The notes under the pieces: model-generated
The model's input: the letters and a program-made list of their open reading frames with translations, nothing else
What the model was told of the DNA's origin: nothing
The model's database searches: none
Made by a program: the position numbers and the translations under genes
Shown here: one piece after another, positions 1 through 14,149 of the stretch
Position numbering within the stretch: the stretch's first letter is position 1
Layout of the letters: every line of letters begins with the position of its first letter
NCBI RefSeq assembly: GCF_902713615.1
Contig: NC_052146.1
Span: forward strand, 17,066,938 to 17,130,937
Direction of reading: 5' to 3'
Length of the DNA: 64,000 bases
DNA from: Scyliorhinus canicula
Lineage: Eukaryota

Positions 1-505
1 GTTCGGGGAGGCTGGTACGGAAATTGAACCCGCGCTGCTGGTATTGTTCTACATTACAAGCCAGCTGCCTTAGCCCACTGTGCTAAACCATCAAATCATC
101 CACCGATCTCATTACCTTGGAGCTAAGTTGTGAAGGTGCAGGTGGGTCGCCAATTCTCAATATTCTATAGGAGAAAGAAGAATGGAGCTTCATTTATATA
201 GCACCTTTCAAAACCTGAAGCGGTTTGGACGTGCTTTCCAGCCAGCTAGGTGTTGAAGCATTGTGTCAGGAAAAACCCCCAACTTGCACATTGCAAGTGA
301 TGCTAATCGAGGGATTGATAGTCAAGGATAGCAGAGCGAGCTGTACTGCCCTTCTTCAGAATTGAGCCCTGGGATCTTTCCATCCACATGAGAGGGCGGA
401 TGGGGCCTCAGTGTAATGCCTCTCCCCCCCCCCCTCCCCCCCCCAAGTGATTCACCCTCCCACAGTTGACAACCCCGTGTTAATCAATACCTCTTTCTCC
501 AACAG

Positions 506-677
506 AAATGCCTCCACTGCCGTTTACTGCTGCCGTAACCCAGCCCAGGAAACTCACTTCCAAAACCTTGCGTCTCCTGCCCGGAACTCTGGTATTCCAA
601 ATCCCCGTGACAGCGCTTTCGCTCTACCGGGGAGAGCCAAGCAGAAGCTGCTAAAATACGGAGTAAACCTGCTCTGA
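506..677 (+). CDS. HPS4: HPS4 (BLOC-3 subunit), last coding exon
   Basis: Polypyrimidine acceptor ctctttctccaacag ends at 505. The exon reads (R)[56 protein letters not shown], matching the HPS4 C-terminus as I recall it (…KAKQKLLKHGVNLL). ASPHD2 at the other end of the window supports this by synteny. Confidence 0.9.
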
Positions 678-2699
678 GTCGCACCGTTCTCGGAGATTTG
701 TCAGCAGTATTCAGCGGACTCTGTTTTTTAATGAACAAATGGAGAACAATGTAACTTTTTTAAGTCGCGCCCACTCGATTTACAATCAGTCGCTGATGCA
801 CTCAGGTACCATGGGCTGCCTCCTGCTCCAGGAGATTTGCTTAAATTGGCTAATAGTTAGAGATCCCAAGGACTTTTCTTTTGTTTGTTTTGTAGTGGGA
901 AAGGGTCGACACGGTGGCGCAGTGGTTAGCACTGCTGCCACACGGCGCCAAGGACCCGGATTCGATTGCACATTCTCCCCGTGTCTGGGTGGGTCTCACT
1001 CCCCCCCCCCCCCTCCCCAACATAACCCAAAAAGATGTGCAGGGTAGGTGGATTGGCCACGCTGAATTGCCCCTTAATTCGAATTTTGTTTTTAAAGAAG
1101 CTGTTTTAAGGAGCATCTTAAAGGAGGTTCGAGAGGGGGCGAGATGTTGGTGGTGGGGGGAGGGAGACAGGGGTTGAAATTTCAGAGTTTAAAAAAAATA
1201 AATTTTAGAGTACCTAATTCACTTTTTCCAATTAAGGGGCAATTTAGCATGACCAATTCATCTACCCTGCATATCTTTGGGTTGTGGGGGTGAAACCGAC
1301 GCAAACACGGGGAGAATGTGCAAACTCCACACGGATAGTGACCCAGGGCCGGGATCGAACCTGTGACACAGGCAGCAGGGGTAACCCACTGCACCACCGT
1401 GCTGCCCTAAATTTCAGAGTTTACAGTCTACTATATTATTCCAATTTTCAACACTCTTATTCATGTAATCATTGCAACACTAGTAGAATCACTTTGACAT
1501 TTTCATTTCTCTTGTGAAATTCTACAGGTTCTCACAGACTTTTTACGTTTAGTCCAGGTATTCCCGCGTCTTGCTGACTTTTCAGACCAGAAACTGCCAA
1601 TTGAACACATCACTTGGGTGCATTTTTCGGGGAGAGGAGCCCTAGCTGTCCCCCGTCCCTGCCAGCTCAGCAACACAGAGGCTAATTTTTTTTTTAAACA
1701 AACAATTTTATTGAGGTATTTTTTGGCATTGTAAATAGTTACAGATAACAGAAATATGCAAACAACACCGAAAAACCAACACTTCAATGCACGCCGGTGC
1801 CCAGGCATCCTGCAATGATGTTTTTTTTCTCTCTGTTAGCTTTTTGCACTTTACACAAATGTTGTGTATCAGATCAGAGACATTAGGAATTTTGCCAGTT
1901 AGCAATGGTGGCTGATTTTCTTAACATTTATAGATAACTTAAGTTTTTCCATAAATCAATAGTGGTATAAATGAAAGAGAGGGAATAGTATGCAGCATTC
2001 GTACCGAATCGAACGCAATGGCGTGCATGTTTATCAGATATAAAATGATAGTCCGGAATTTCCCAGCCCCCCCCCCCCCCGCGGTGCATTTCCCCACGGC
2101 GGAGGGCGTTCGCCGTTGCTGCCAGTGGAATATCTCGCAGGCCCGCCCAAGTCAATGGCAATTTGCCTGACTCGCCCGTTCCATAACTGCTGGAATAGGT
2201 GATAAGACAGGTAGCTGAAGTTGAAATTTATTGTAACGGTTATGAGTTTGACCGGCCTTTTCTTATTTCTTAAAGCTTTTGAGCTGGCTTCTTCTACCGT
2301 TACAGCCGGTGGAAAATCCAGCCTATTATTCAGTCAGGCTTTAGCAATGATTGTATTTGTTGATTTTGTGAATTTTACTGAACCACCTTACCTCCATCCC
2401 TGTGGGCATACTTGGCTATCAATTTACTCTCTCTTTTCCACTGACAAAGAGCGGCAACATGGCACAGCTGCCCATTGGCACAATATTACTGCCCGCAGTA
2501 CTGCACCAACCACAGAAGCAACTATATTCCTTTTGTCACTACAGCTTGCTCTGACTCAGCTGCTGTACCTGCCCTCAACACTTCTGCCTCACTAGCCAAG
2601 GGCATACCGATGTGTAGTCTGCATCGTACGACCCTAGCTCCATCTAGTCTGGCTACGGTAGACATGTAGTCCTCTATAACTTCAGTATTTCTTGATAGT

Positions 2700-3510
2700 A
2701 TTGATTGATTTATTGTCACGTGTACCGAAGTACAGTGAAAAGCATTTTTCTGCGGCCAAGGGAACGTACACAGTACGTACACAGTAGACAAAAAAGAATA
2801 AGCGACAAAATACAACGACAAATACCGTATATACTCACGTATCATGCGACTTTTGAAAACCTAAATTGTAACCTAAATTTGGGGGGTCGCATGATACGCG
2901 AGATACAAAATTTGCGGGTGTGAAGTGCTGGCCAAGATTAGGCTGTTAGGCTGTTAAGCAGACCATATCCATTTACGGTAAGTCAAATAGTACCCAGTAG
3001 TTAATGAAACTATTATATTTATTTTTGGACATAATGAAATATAAAACAGGAATACATACGTAGGTTAATTAACATTTAATAAAATAAAAACTATTAAAAC
3101 AAACACATTGTGTTGCCATACACGTTAGTACAACCGTAAAATGTGTCTTTTCATGCCCTGTAGTTTTGATAAAAATACTTTTCTCGCTGAGTTTATTAAC
3201 GGTTGAGTTTGATGGCATATCAAAATTCACGGGTGTCTCATCCATGTTTCCAATGCACGATAACTTATAGCTGTTAGCTTTGCGATGTTTGATTACAAAT
3301 GTTTGAAAACTAGTCACTTTTTCTTCTAATTCTTTTGGGAGTTTCTGTGCAATTTTTGTTTTTCTTCTCGCATGGTACATAAGATATATGATAAAAATCA
3401 TGTTTTGGGGACGAAAATTTAGGGGTCGCATAATACGCGAGATCGCAGGATACGCGAGTATATGGTAAGTAATTGGCTACAGTGCGGAACGAGGACCAAA
3501 CAAAGCAAAT
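2700..3510 (-). mobile_element. LINE 3' tail fragment interrupted by the pogo element
   Basis: ttgattgatttattgtcacgtgtaccg… is the reverse complement of an AATAAA plus short-repeat tail. The sequence appears to resume after the TA at 3466. Confidence 0.4.
2825..3465 (-). mobile_element. Internally deleted pogo-family (POGK/Passer-like) DNA transposon
   Basis: TA on both sides; imperfect TIRs ccgtatatactcacgtatcatgcga / tcgcaggatacgcgagtatatgg. Carries a transposase fragment RRKTKIAQKLP…IGNMDETPVNFDMP…KTTGHEKTHFTVVLTCMA (first catalytic Asp motif of the DDE_1 domain). Confidence 0.85.
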
Positions 3511-5419
3511 ATGACATGAAGCTTATACGAAGCATTATACCACATGAAGCAAATACCTTGCATTCAACACTGCAATTTGACTGATCAATTATTGCTGTAC
3601 TACGAGTTGCTAATTTTCTTTCCCCTAACTGTCAGATTGCCTCAACACTGCAGGATATTTGTTCTAATGGTAATTTGTAGAATTTTATATTGAAAATGTG
3701 CTGTATGTGGTCTTTTGAAAAATGCCTTCTGCCCAGGCTGCTCACATCTGTGCAATAAATTGAATATACTCTGCTCCCTGTGCCTTTCTTGGACTGAAGT
3801 ATAAAATTGAGGGGATGGGGAGGGGAGGAGTGGACTTTTCTGCAGGATTGATGTTAAATGTTTCAGCTTACAGTGCATTCTGTGTCAACCCTGAGGCTTC
3901 CACCAAACTCTTGGTTAGCATCAACATGGGCGGCACGGTAGCACAGTGGTTAACACTGCAACTTCACAGCACCAGGGTCCCAGGTTCAATTCCCGGCTTG
4001 GGTCACTGCCTGTGCAGAGTCTGCACGTTCTCCCCGTGTCTGCGTGGGTTTCCTCCGGGTGTTCCAGTTTCCTCCCACAAGTCCTGAAAGACGTGCTGTT
4101 AGGTGAATTGGGCATTCTGAGTTCTCCCTCCGCGTACCTGAACAGGCGTCGGAATGTGGCGGCTATGGGATTTTCACAGTAACTTAATTGCAGTGTTAAT
4201 GTGAGCCTACTGATGAATGAAAATCACTTATTGTCACGAGTAGGCTTCAAATGTAGTTACTGTGAAAAGCCCCTAGTCGCCACATTCCGGCGCCTGTCCG
4301 AGGAGGCTGGAATTGAACTATGCTGCTGGCCTGCTTTCAAAGCCAGCGATTTAGCCTTGTGCGAAACAGCGATATCTCCCATGGTGAACTGATCCTTTAG
4401 CCTGGCAAGACATCTCCTAAAGTGTCACAGCAGCGTTACCAAGCAAATGCAGACACCAAACCACCAAAAATTATAGTAATAATAATAGCAATTACTTACT
4501 GGTAGGCCATTATTGAAAATATCACTGCCGACTTAACTCATATTCAGTATCCAGTGGCTTCGTCTGGATGTGTACATGTCGGTGACTGGCGATCTATCGT
4601 GAACCAAATTGCAGAGTTACAGTGCAAAAGGCCATTCAGCCCATCATATCTGCACCGGCTCGCCAAATGAGCAACTCACCTAGTTCTGTAATCCTGCACA
4701 TTGTATATTTTCAGATAAAAGTCAATTCCCTTATGAATGCCTCAGTTGGGGCAGCATATTGGTTAGCACGTCTGCCTCACAGCGCCAGGGACCCTGGTTC
4801 AATTCCGACCTCGGGTGACTGTGGTATTTACACGTTCTCCCCGTATCTTGCGTGGGTTTCCTCCGGGTGCTCCAGTTTCCTCCCACAGTCCAAAGATGTG
4901 CAGGTTAGATTGATTGGCCACATTAAATTGCGCCTTAGTGTCCAAAAAGGTTAGTTGGGGTTACGGGGATGGGGCAGGGGGTTCGGGCTTTGGTAGGGTT
5001 CTCCTTCAGAGGGTGGGTGCCTGGCAGCATCTGTGGAGAGAAATAGAGTTTACAGCGGAATTGTTCGGCCCATTCCGCTGTCAGGATCTCTCTGTTCGAC
5101 CGATGGTGGCCCCTTCCCCCGGGAGCAGGTTACCCGGTAGCAGAGGGCGTCGGTCACGCAAAACCCTGAGGACGTTGGCAGGTCTGAAAGTTCCCGCCTC
5201 CGACCAATGGCGGGTCCCCTTGGTCACTGGGGGGGGGGGGGGGGGGGGGGCGCAGAAAATCCCACCATACTTTGCAAGTCCAATATGACTCTTTGGGTTT
5301 TGAAGAGTCTCTTTAAGTACTGTAGTAGATAAAAAACATTTTGATGGGCTGAATGGCTTCCTCCTACACTGTAAATTCTATGATTTCAGCTGCTCACAGC
5401 TTTCACATAGAAGCAGAAT

Positions 5420-6012
5420 TCATTTTTTAAAATTTTATTTGGGTATTTGTAATTTCTATAATAGTAACGACAACAGCAACATAAACATGGTACAAAAAAC
5501 ATTTCCATCCCTATCACTTTCTTCACACCCCCAATCAATGAAACAATAGCCTAACCACCCCATCTAGATTTCTGCCTCCGTTGACGAACGGCTGCCACCT
5601 CCGGACGAACCCTAACATTGACCCTCTTAGGGCAAACTTTATTTTCTCGAGACTGAGATACCCAGCCATGTCACTGGCCCAGGTCTCTAATTTTGGGGGC
5701 TTCGAGTCCCTCCACATTAACAAGATCCGTCTCCGGGCTACCAGGGAGGCAAAGGCCAAAACGTCAGCCCCCCTGGACTCCCGGCTCTTCCGACACTCCA
5801 AAGATCGCTCACTCCCCACTCTGGACTCGGCACCACCCGTGTTTTTAGCCCGTGCACATAACCTTAGCGAAAACCTGCCATAACATATGGACATGGTTTG
5901 CTGGACCTCCCGCGTACCTTGCACACCTGGCCTCTACCCCAAAGAACTTGCTCATCCGGGCCACCGTCATGTGTGCCCAGTGGACTACCTTAAATTGTAT
6001 CAGGCTAAGCCT
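5420..6012 (-). mobile_element. L1-clade LINE, 3' end of ORF2 (rearranged/deleted)
   Basis: RLSLIQFKVVH-AHMTVARMSKFFGVEARCARYAGGPANHVHM-W (CCHC-type region) and ARRRILLMWRDSKPP…EKIKFALRGS…RWQPF, typical of L1 ORF2 C-termini; A-rich tail. Confidence 0.8.
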
Positions 6013-7439
6013 GAGAAGTGGAATTCTAGCCTCATAGGTCTGTCCTAATGTTTTTACATTAAACACTAATCCTGCCATTTGCATTCAATTAGATGTTCAA
6101 TGCAGTTTCTACATGGGAACAAAGCTTGGCTGAATTTACATTAAGGAGCAGCAGGAGAGCCAAAGAATTGGCTGTTATTTATTCTTAGAACTGTTATCAC
6201 CTCATTTACTCTCATGCGCTGTGGTTGGGGGGATCATTCTGCATATGAATAGTGGACTGATCGGTTTTTACACTGGAAATTTTCGACACTGTTCTGAGGA
6301 GCCACTGATTTTCTTTCTATCTTAAAAGAGCTTTAGTTTAGGACTGTCTCCATGAAATTATTGTTAGTGATATCTGTTGGATCTGCACTATACTCTATTT
6401 AGCAGAGAGGTTAGCACATTTGAAATGAACTGCATTGCAGAGGATTGTGAGATGTGTTAAAAGATTCATCCACTAATCTCACCAACAATGATTTATAGGT
6501 TCATATTTATACATAACAGAAAGAAAATAAATAACATTCATCTATTAGTTAGACCTCAGATGGAGTATTGTGCATAGTTCTGGGCGCCACACTAATAATA
6601 GAACATAGAACATACAGTGCAGAAGGAGACCATTCAGCCCATCGAGTCTGCACCGACCCACTCAAGCCACCCTATCCCCATAACCAAACAACCCCTCCTA
6701 ACCTTTTTGAGGGTTATCTTTATTAGTGTTCTAATAATGTTTATTATTGTCACAAGTAGGTTCACATTAACACTGCAATGAAGTTACTGTGAAAATCGCC
6801 ACTCACCGGCTCCTGTCAGGGTACATGGAGGGAAGTTTCAAAATGTCCAGTTCACCGAACAAGCACGTCTTTCGGGACTTGTGGGAGGAAACCGGAGCGC
6901 CCGGAGGAAACCAACTCAGACACGGGGAGAACGTGCAGACTCCACACCGACAGTGATCCAAGCGAGAATCGACCCTGGCGCTGTGAAGCAACAATGCTAG
7001 CCACTGTGCTACCGTGATGTAAACGCATTGGAGAGAGCGCAGCAGAGGTTTACAAAAGGATAAATTGGAGAGGTCGGGACTGTTCTCCTTGGAGAGCAGG
7101 CTGAGAGGAGATTCGTTAAAAACCACGAGGGGCTTGACAGAGTAGAGAGGCAGAAACTGTTCTTGCTGATTGTAGGATCAAGAACGAGGGGACCCAGATT
7201 GAAAGAAGCAAATGTGAGAAAAAAGATTTTCACACAGTGAGTGGTTCGGGTCTTGAATGCACAGCCTGGAAGTGTGGTGTAGGCAGGTTCAATTGAAGCA
7301 TTCAATGAGCTGATTATTTGAATGGAAACAATGTGCAGGGCTACAGGGGAAAGGCAGAAGAATGGCACTAAGCCATAATGCTCATTTGGGGAACTGGTGC
7401 GTGGAGCTGAATGACTGCACCCATAACAATTCTGTATGT

Positions 7440-7562
7440 GATGCGGAGATGCCGGTGTTGGACTGGGGTGAGCACAGTAAGAAGTCTTACAACACCAGGT
7501 TAAAGTCCAACAGGTTTGTTTCGAATCACTAGCTTTTGGAGCACAGCTCCTTCCTCAGGTGA
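7440..7562 (-). mobile_element. Solo copy of the same Penelope-like repeat, hammerhead GAAA mutated to AAAA
   Basis: Matches one arm of the 41.1 kb and 42.8 kb elements. Confidence 0.7.
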
Positions 7563-8049
7563 GAATTCTGCATGTGATTAGTACTTTCTTAGAATTATTT
7601 CACAAGAAGTAGGGGCGGTACGGTGGCTCAGTGGTTAGCACTGCTGCCTCACTGCCCTGGTTCGGTTCCGACCTCGGGCGATGTCTGTGTGCAGTTTGTA
7701 TGTTCTCCTCGTGTCTGCGTGGGTTTCCTCCGGGTGCTCCGGTTTCCTCCCACAGTCCAAAGATGTGCAGGTTAGTCGGATTGGCCATGTTAAAATGACT
7801 GTTCAGGGATGTGCAGGTTAGGTTGAGGGGATAGAGCAGGGTGAACATTGTAGCGTGCACATTCAAAGGGTCAGAGCAGACTTGTTGGGCCGAATGGCCT
7901 TCTTTTGCACTGTAGGGATTCTGAGGTGTGAACGTCACTAGCTAGTCCAGCATTTATTGTTCATTCCCGATTGCCCTTGAGAAGGTAAGCTGCCTTCTGG
8001 AACAACTGCAGTCCGTGTAGTGTACATACACCCACAGTGCTGTTGAGGA

Positions 8050-10020
8050 GCACTTTACCAGCCAGAGAAATGTTAAGACGTGTAGTCACTGTTGACACAG
8101 CTAGGCTGTGAGGATTGTTAAATGCCAGGAGGAAAATGTTAAATTTGTGGTATACGATGGCCATGTAAGAAGTTTTGGCTGATGGTAGCTTCACAGGCAG
8201 CGTTTTGGGTACGCCGAAGTTTAAGGAAAGTGGAAGATGAAAAATTGGCCTAGCCACTATTAGAATAATTCAGTTTGGAGGTGCCAACGGCACGAATGGA
8301 GGTTTCAGTGGGAATGGGCTGGTGCAGAGGTGACAAATGTCGTGACGGTGAAAGTAGATGGTTTTTGTGAGGGACGGGCGAGAAGGCTGGAAGCTCAACT
8401 TCGGGGGGTCAGATAGATTTCTGAGCTTGCCAACAGTCTGATTCAACTGGAGCCAGTGGCCAAAGACGGGAATGGAAGGGTGTGGGGTGGGGGGGGTGCA
8501 TCTTATCTGAGACTGCATGTCAAGCACGGAACTGGCAATAAAGAAGCAGCGGAGGGGGTCAAGAAAAGATAAGAGAGGACGGGTTTGATATCATCAGTGT
8601 ACATATAGAAACTGATCACAAGATTCTGGATGCGCCTAGTATCAACGGCTGCAAATAGTGAAGAAGGAAGAGGAGAAATAGTGTATCGTAGTCCTATAGA
8701 TTACAATGGGTTCAGTGATGAATGTGGCGCAATCGAAAAATGAGCAGAGACTTCCAAGTGGGAAAGTTGAACATAGATTTGAGCAGGATCAGGACTTTGA
8801 AGAACTTTCCAAAGAAGCCCTACAATGGAAAAGGAGGCCATTTGGCCCATTGGTTTTCATGACCCTCTGAACGAGCACCTTACCTGGGCCCACACCCTGC
8901 AACCCCACCTAACCTGCTCATTCCTGGACACTAAGCGGCCATTTTTACCATGGCCAATCCACCTAACCTGCATATCTTTGGACTGTGGGAGAAAATTGGA
9001 GCACCCGGAGGAAACCCACGCAGAGGGAGAAACTGCGAAAGTGCAAACTCCACACAGACAAGTCACCCAAGTGTGGAATTGAGAGTCCCTGTTGCTGTGA
9101 GGCAGCAGTGCTAAGCACTGTGCCACCCATGAAAGAGGGGGTTCGCCATGACAGGAATTTGCAAGGAAAAAAGGGTTAATGGAGCTTTGATGATGAGTGG
9201 GGAGAGGGTGATGGTGGTAGTTTTGAACAGGAGGACAACAGCAGTTTAAGAGAGGAAAATAGTTAGCACAACCGCCTCACGGCGCTGAGGTCCCAGGTTC
9301 GATCCCGGCTCTGGGTCACTGTCCGTGTGGAGTTTGCACATTCTCCCCGTGTCTGCGTGGGTCTCACCCCCACAACCCAAAAACGTGCAAGCTAGGTCGA
9401 TTGGCCACGCTAAATTGCCCCTTAATTGGAAAAATGATTGGGTACACTAAATTTATTAAAAAAAAGAAGAAAAAAAAAAGAGGAAAATATTTTAGCATGG
9501 TGGCCAGGAAGGGAGGTTGTGTATTCAACAAATTCAGGGGCAGCACGGTGGCACAGTGGTTAGCATTGCTGCCTATGGTGCTGAGGGCCCAGGTTCGAAT
9601 CCCAGGCCTGGGTCACTGTCCGTGTAGAGTTTGCACATTCTCCCCGTGTCTGCGTGGGTTTTGCCCCCACAACCCAAAGATGTGCAGGTCAGGTGGATTG
9701 GCCATGGTAAATTGCCCCTTAAATGTAAAAGATAATTGGGTACTCCAAATTTATATTTTAATTAAAAAATAAATAATTTGGTAGCAGTGGGGTTGAGGGA
9801 GCAGGAGGTCAACCTCACAGGTAAGGTTCAGCCACGTGGGGATATATGGAAATAGAGAAAGATGCGAGTCCAAGCAATGAGATATAATTGGTTAATGATA
9901 CTATGAAGTACTCAGAGGTGACCTTACCATTGATTAGGCTATGGAAACAGAGATTACATGAATGTGCAAAGCTCAAAGGGTTACCATAAATGTGAAGCAG
10001 AGTTGAAACGGAGAGGGCAA
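8050..10020 (-). mobile_element. Highly decayed LINE (L2-like) remains broken by several SINEs
   Basis: Purine-rich + strand with gtttgatatcatcagtgtacat (reverse complement resembles the RT YxDD region). No intact frame. Confidence 0.4.
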
Positions 10021-13000
10021 GGTGAATTCTAATCTTAAGAGTTTTATAGCACAGCAAGAGGCCCTTCGATCCATCATGTCTGTGCTAGCCGTCAAGCACC
10101 TATACATTGGTGACACAATGTTTAGCACTGCTGCCTCACAGCGCAAGAGACTCGGATTCAATTCCAGCCTTTGGTGACTGTGTGAAGTTTGCACGTTCTC
10201 CCAGTGTCTGCGTGGGTATCCTCTGGGTGCTCCAGTTTCCTCCCACAGTCCAAAAATGAATTGGCCATGATAAATTGCTCCTTAGTGTCTAAAAGGTTAG
10301 GTGGGGATAAGGTGAGGGCTTGGGCATAGGTAGGGTGCTCGTTCAGAGGGTCGGTGCACTTGATGGGCCGAATGGCTGTCATCTGCACTGTAGGGATCCT
10401 GTGATTCTATTCTAATCCCAATTCAACTGGGAATTGAAAACAGAAGCATGAAGGCAGGAGCTGAGGGAGGAAAGGAAGAATATATCAAGAACTATATTAT
10501 TAGGGCAGCACGGTGGCAGCGGGTAGCACTGCTGCCTCATGCCGCCGAGATCCCAGGTTCGATCCCGCCTCTGGGTCACTGTCCACATAGAGTTGGCACA
10601 TTCTCCCCGTGTCTGCTTGGGTTTCGCCCCCACAGCCCAAAAATGTGTTGGTCACGCTAAATTGGAAAAAATGAATTGGGTACTCTAAATGTATTTTTTA
10701 AAAATATATTATTTTTGAAATATGCTTGAACTATATTTACATTACAACAGCACACTTCACAAAGTACCTCATTGGTTGTGGTGCTTTGGTAGGCTCTGAC
10801 ATCATGAAAGGCACAGTAGAAGTACAAATCCTTCCTCTCTTAAGACATGACACTGAGAAACCATTCTGTGTGCTCAGTTTACTGGAACAGGAAGCTTTGA
10901 TCCAACAGCAGATTCATTGGCCCATTTCTGTGGTTCCCTGTAGGCCTGGGTCATGTATACTTAGGAATGCAGCCAACAGTGAGAAGACTTCATGTCGGCA
11001 TTCGCTTACATTCCCTTAATGTGAAAGCACTTTAACTGAGGTCATTGAAAGTCTTCAGGTCTCTGGAGAGCTTACTGGTCCTGCACCATCATCACCTACT
11101 TAAGCAAAGCTTTGACTCCTGACTTCCCTCCACCACACCCTCTCTGCATTACAATGAAGGGAATTGTCCAGGCAGTTAACTAAATTATAAGGATCAGGAG
11201 TCTTGTGTTAAACTTAAAAAGCACAAAGTATCCTTCCATTGCAAGTTTGCAACAAAACTTCAGTCTTGATTAAAGCCACATGAAAAACAATTAATGAATT
11301 ATAATGACATTAAATACTAATAGTGGCAAAAATGTAATGCAAGCAAAGACAACAGCTTAAATGTGTGTATTTATTAACTAGCTTGCTGCTTTGAAGAATA
11401 CTTTTGTGCATTACCATGCCAATTTTCTCTCTTCCCAGGACAGTGACTCCATGTGCATTCCACCTAAACACTTTTGTCTCTTGGCAAAAACCAGAAGCGG
11501 TTCCTTTCGTGACTTTACTGCTATTTGGCCGAGACCTAAATTCAGCTAACTCTCGTAATCAGGGCCGGTCTCGTCATGGTTTAGTAAGTCCCTGCCGTAA
11601 TCAGTTGAACCATCAACACTCCTACCTCAAGCATCAAGCAGGACGTTGGCCTGGAAATGTAGAAGGGCCTATACAGCATAGGCTTATAATTATAATTAAA
11701 TGTTAGATCTTAATTTGCTCAAAGGTAATCACAACAGTTTTGATCCAGGTTAGAATTCACCCTCAAAGCTTAAATGAGTGGTTGAGAAAGAGCTGTGCTG
11801 TATCAGAATGCTTTTACCAATTAACCATAAGAATTAATTCATGGGATAATCACTTATTGCCACAAGTAGGCTTCAATTAAGTTACTGGGAAAAGCCCCTA
11901 GTCGCCACATTCCGGCGCCTGTTCAGGGAGGCCGGTATGGGAATTGAACCTGCGCTGCGAGGCATTTTAGCACAGGCGCTGTTTAGCACAGGGCTAAATT
12001 GCTGGCTTTGAAAGCAGACCAAGCAGGCCAGCAGCACGGTTCAATTCCCGTACCAGCCTCCCCGAACAGGCGCCGGAATGTGGCGATTAGGGGCTTTTCA
12101 CAGTAACTTCATTGAAGCCTACTCGTGACAATAAGCCATTTTCATTTCATTTTTTTCCATTTCATTGTTCTGCATTACAAGCCAGCTATTTAGCCCAGTG
12201 TGCTAAACCAGGATGCGGGTGTCACTGGATGGGCCAGCATTTATTGCCCAACCCTAATTTTTCCCCCCAATAAATTTAGAGTACTCAATTAACGGGTCCT
12301 CAGTGCCGTAGGCAGCAGTGCTAACCACTGTGCCACCCCTGCCCAACCCTAATTGCCCTTGAACTGAGTGATTTGCTTGGCCATTTGAGAGTCGACCACA
12401 TTGCCGTGGACCTGAAGTCACATGTAGGCCAGATCAGGTAAGGAGGGCTGTCGCAGGTTTGTGCATCTCACAAGAACTTCCAGTCTGATCAATCTGTTAT
12501 TTAACTACTCAGAATCCGACAAATACTGTGCTATATGCAGAGCAGGAATGAACTATTTCAATCACTGGAGCACGTTCCATCAGAGCTATACACGCATCCC
12601 ATCTAAACACTTTGCTCCACAACCTTACCTAACAAAGATCTATCAATCTCAATTTTGAAATTTTTAACTAACCACCATATTTTGAAGTAGTGTTGCAAAT
12701 CTATGAGGAAACATTTTTTTTGTTCCTTGAGCTGTTACCATCTGGAATACTCTACCTGAAAGGATGGTAGAAGAAGATTCAATAGCCACTTTCAAAAGGG
12801 GATTAGATAAATACTTGCAATTCGATAAGGGCAGCACGGTGGTGCAATGGTTAGCACTGCTGCCTCACAGCGCTGAGACCCCAGGTTCAATCCTGGCTCT
12901 GGGTCACTGTCCGTGTGGAGTTTGCACATTCTCCCCGTCTTTGCATGGGTTTCGCCCCCACAACCCACAATTGTGCAGGGTAGGTGGATTGGCTACGCTA

Positions 13001-13292
13001 AATTGTTCCTTAATTGGAAAAAATGAATTGGGTACTCTAAATTCAAAAAATAAATCTGGTAGACATCACTCCCTGTCTCACCCAGAGAGTACGCGATATA
13101 TCAGAGTACAACTAGTGCTCGTGAACCGTATTCTACAGAAGAATTTGGAGAGAAGAGGGAAGTAACTGAGGAAAAGGGTGGTGTGGCAAAGATTCACCAA
13201 GTTGTAATGCAAAAACTCTTCGGAATATCAAGGTCTTTTTACAGGATTTTGTAACACATCACACTAAAGCCTTCTAATTGAACCAATTCTTA

Positions 13293-13298
13293 TTTATT
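13293..13298 (-). terminator. Candidate polyadenylation signal (AATAAA) of the novel gene
   Basis: tttatt on + at the end of a ~1.3 kb SINE-free, AT-rich stretch downstream of the stop codon. Confidence 0.45.
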
Positions 13299-14149
13299 TA
13301 ACAAAAAATCTTTTACATTTACATAAATAGATTCAATCTGTATTTATAGGTTCTGTATGTTTACAAATTCTGTACATAATTTTCGTAAAGTGCATATGAC
13401 AGTGAGATAATGCGCATGACATTACCGTTAGACGCTAATCTGGAAATGGGACAGCAATATTACTGTCAAAAGGTGTTTATGAAGTTATTGCGAACTGGCA
13501 GAAACTCCATATTAAAAATCCATATTAACATTTAAATATTTGTACACCAATATCACAGTGTAACCTCTAGGCCATTATTGATGTGTTGGCTGTGATATGG
13601 CCTGAATAACAATTTATAGAATTAATTATTCTTAAAAAAATTATCCTCAGAGCCTCCGAGTGCCCTTAGTTCGTTGCCCTAAGAATTGTTTCGACTCCCA
13701 TGGTTTAGTGAGATTTAATGGTCGGATATGATCATTTGCTGGCATGTCCTTCCATTTTGCACTCCTCCAGTTATTTAACACGTTGTGGGAGGTGGGTGTT
13801 GGGTAAGTTGGTGATTTGATCCACGCACAACACCCATTAACTCATAACTGACAGAAATTGACGCAGGACGTATACGAGTTTTATGCATCGTGTTCTGTAG
13901 AATTATACTGTAAACTGGGTAAATCCCACTGTGAAGGAGCAGACAATGGGCGAGATACTCTGGTCTGATGAATGGGATTTCCCATTGTAACCACCCACTC
14001 CACCGCAAAATCTGCTGGCCGAGCTGCGCTGCTGGCAGGAAGATTGGGTCAGAACGACCGGAGAATTCCGGCTAATGCATCCCTCAACCGTTTCAATGGG
14101 GCAACTCGTCCAGTCACTAACTGGATACTTGCTAATCATCTCTTGATGA

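Noticed and set aside
2221-2669. Possible extra exon(s) downstream of HPS4
   Set aside because: Open frames and an acceptor-like tract exist, but HPS4 already stops at 677, no partner exon was found, and the peptides are unrecognisable.
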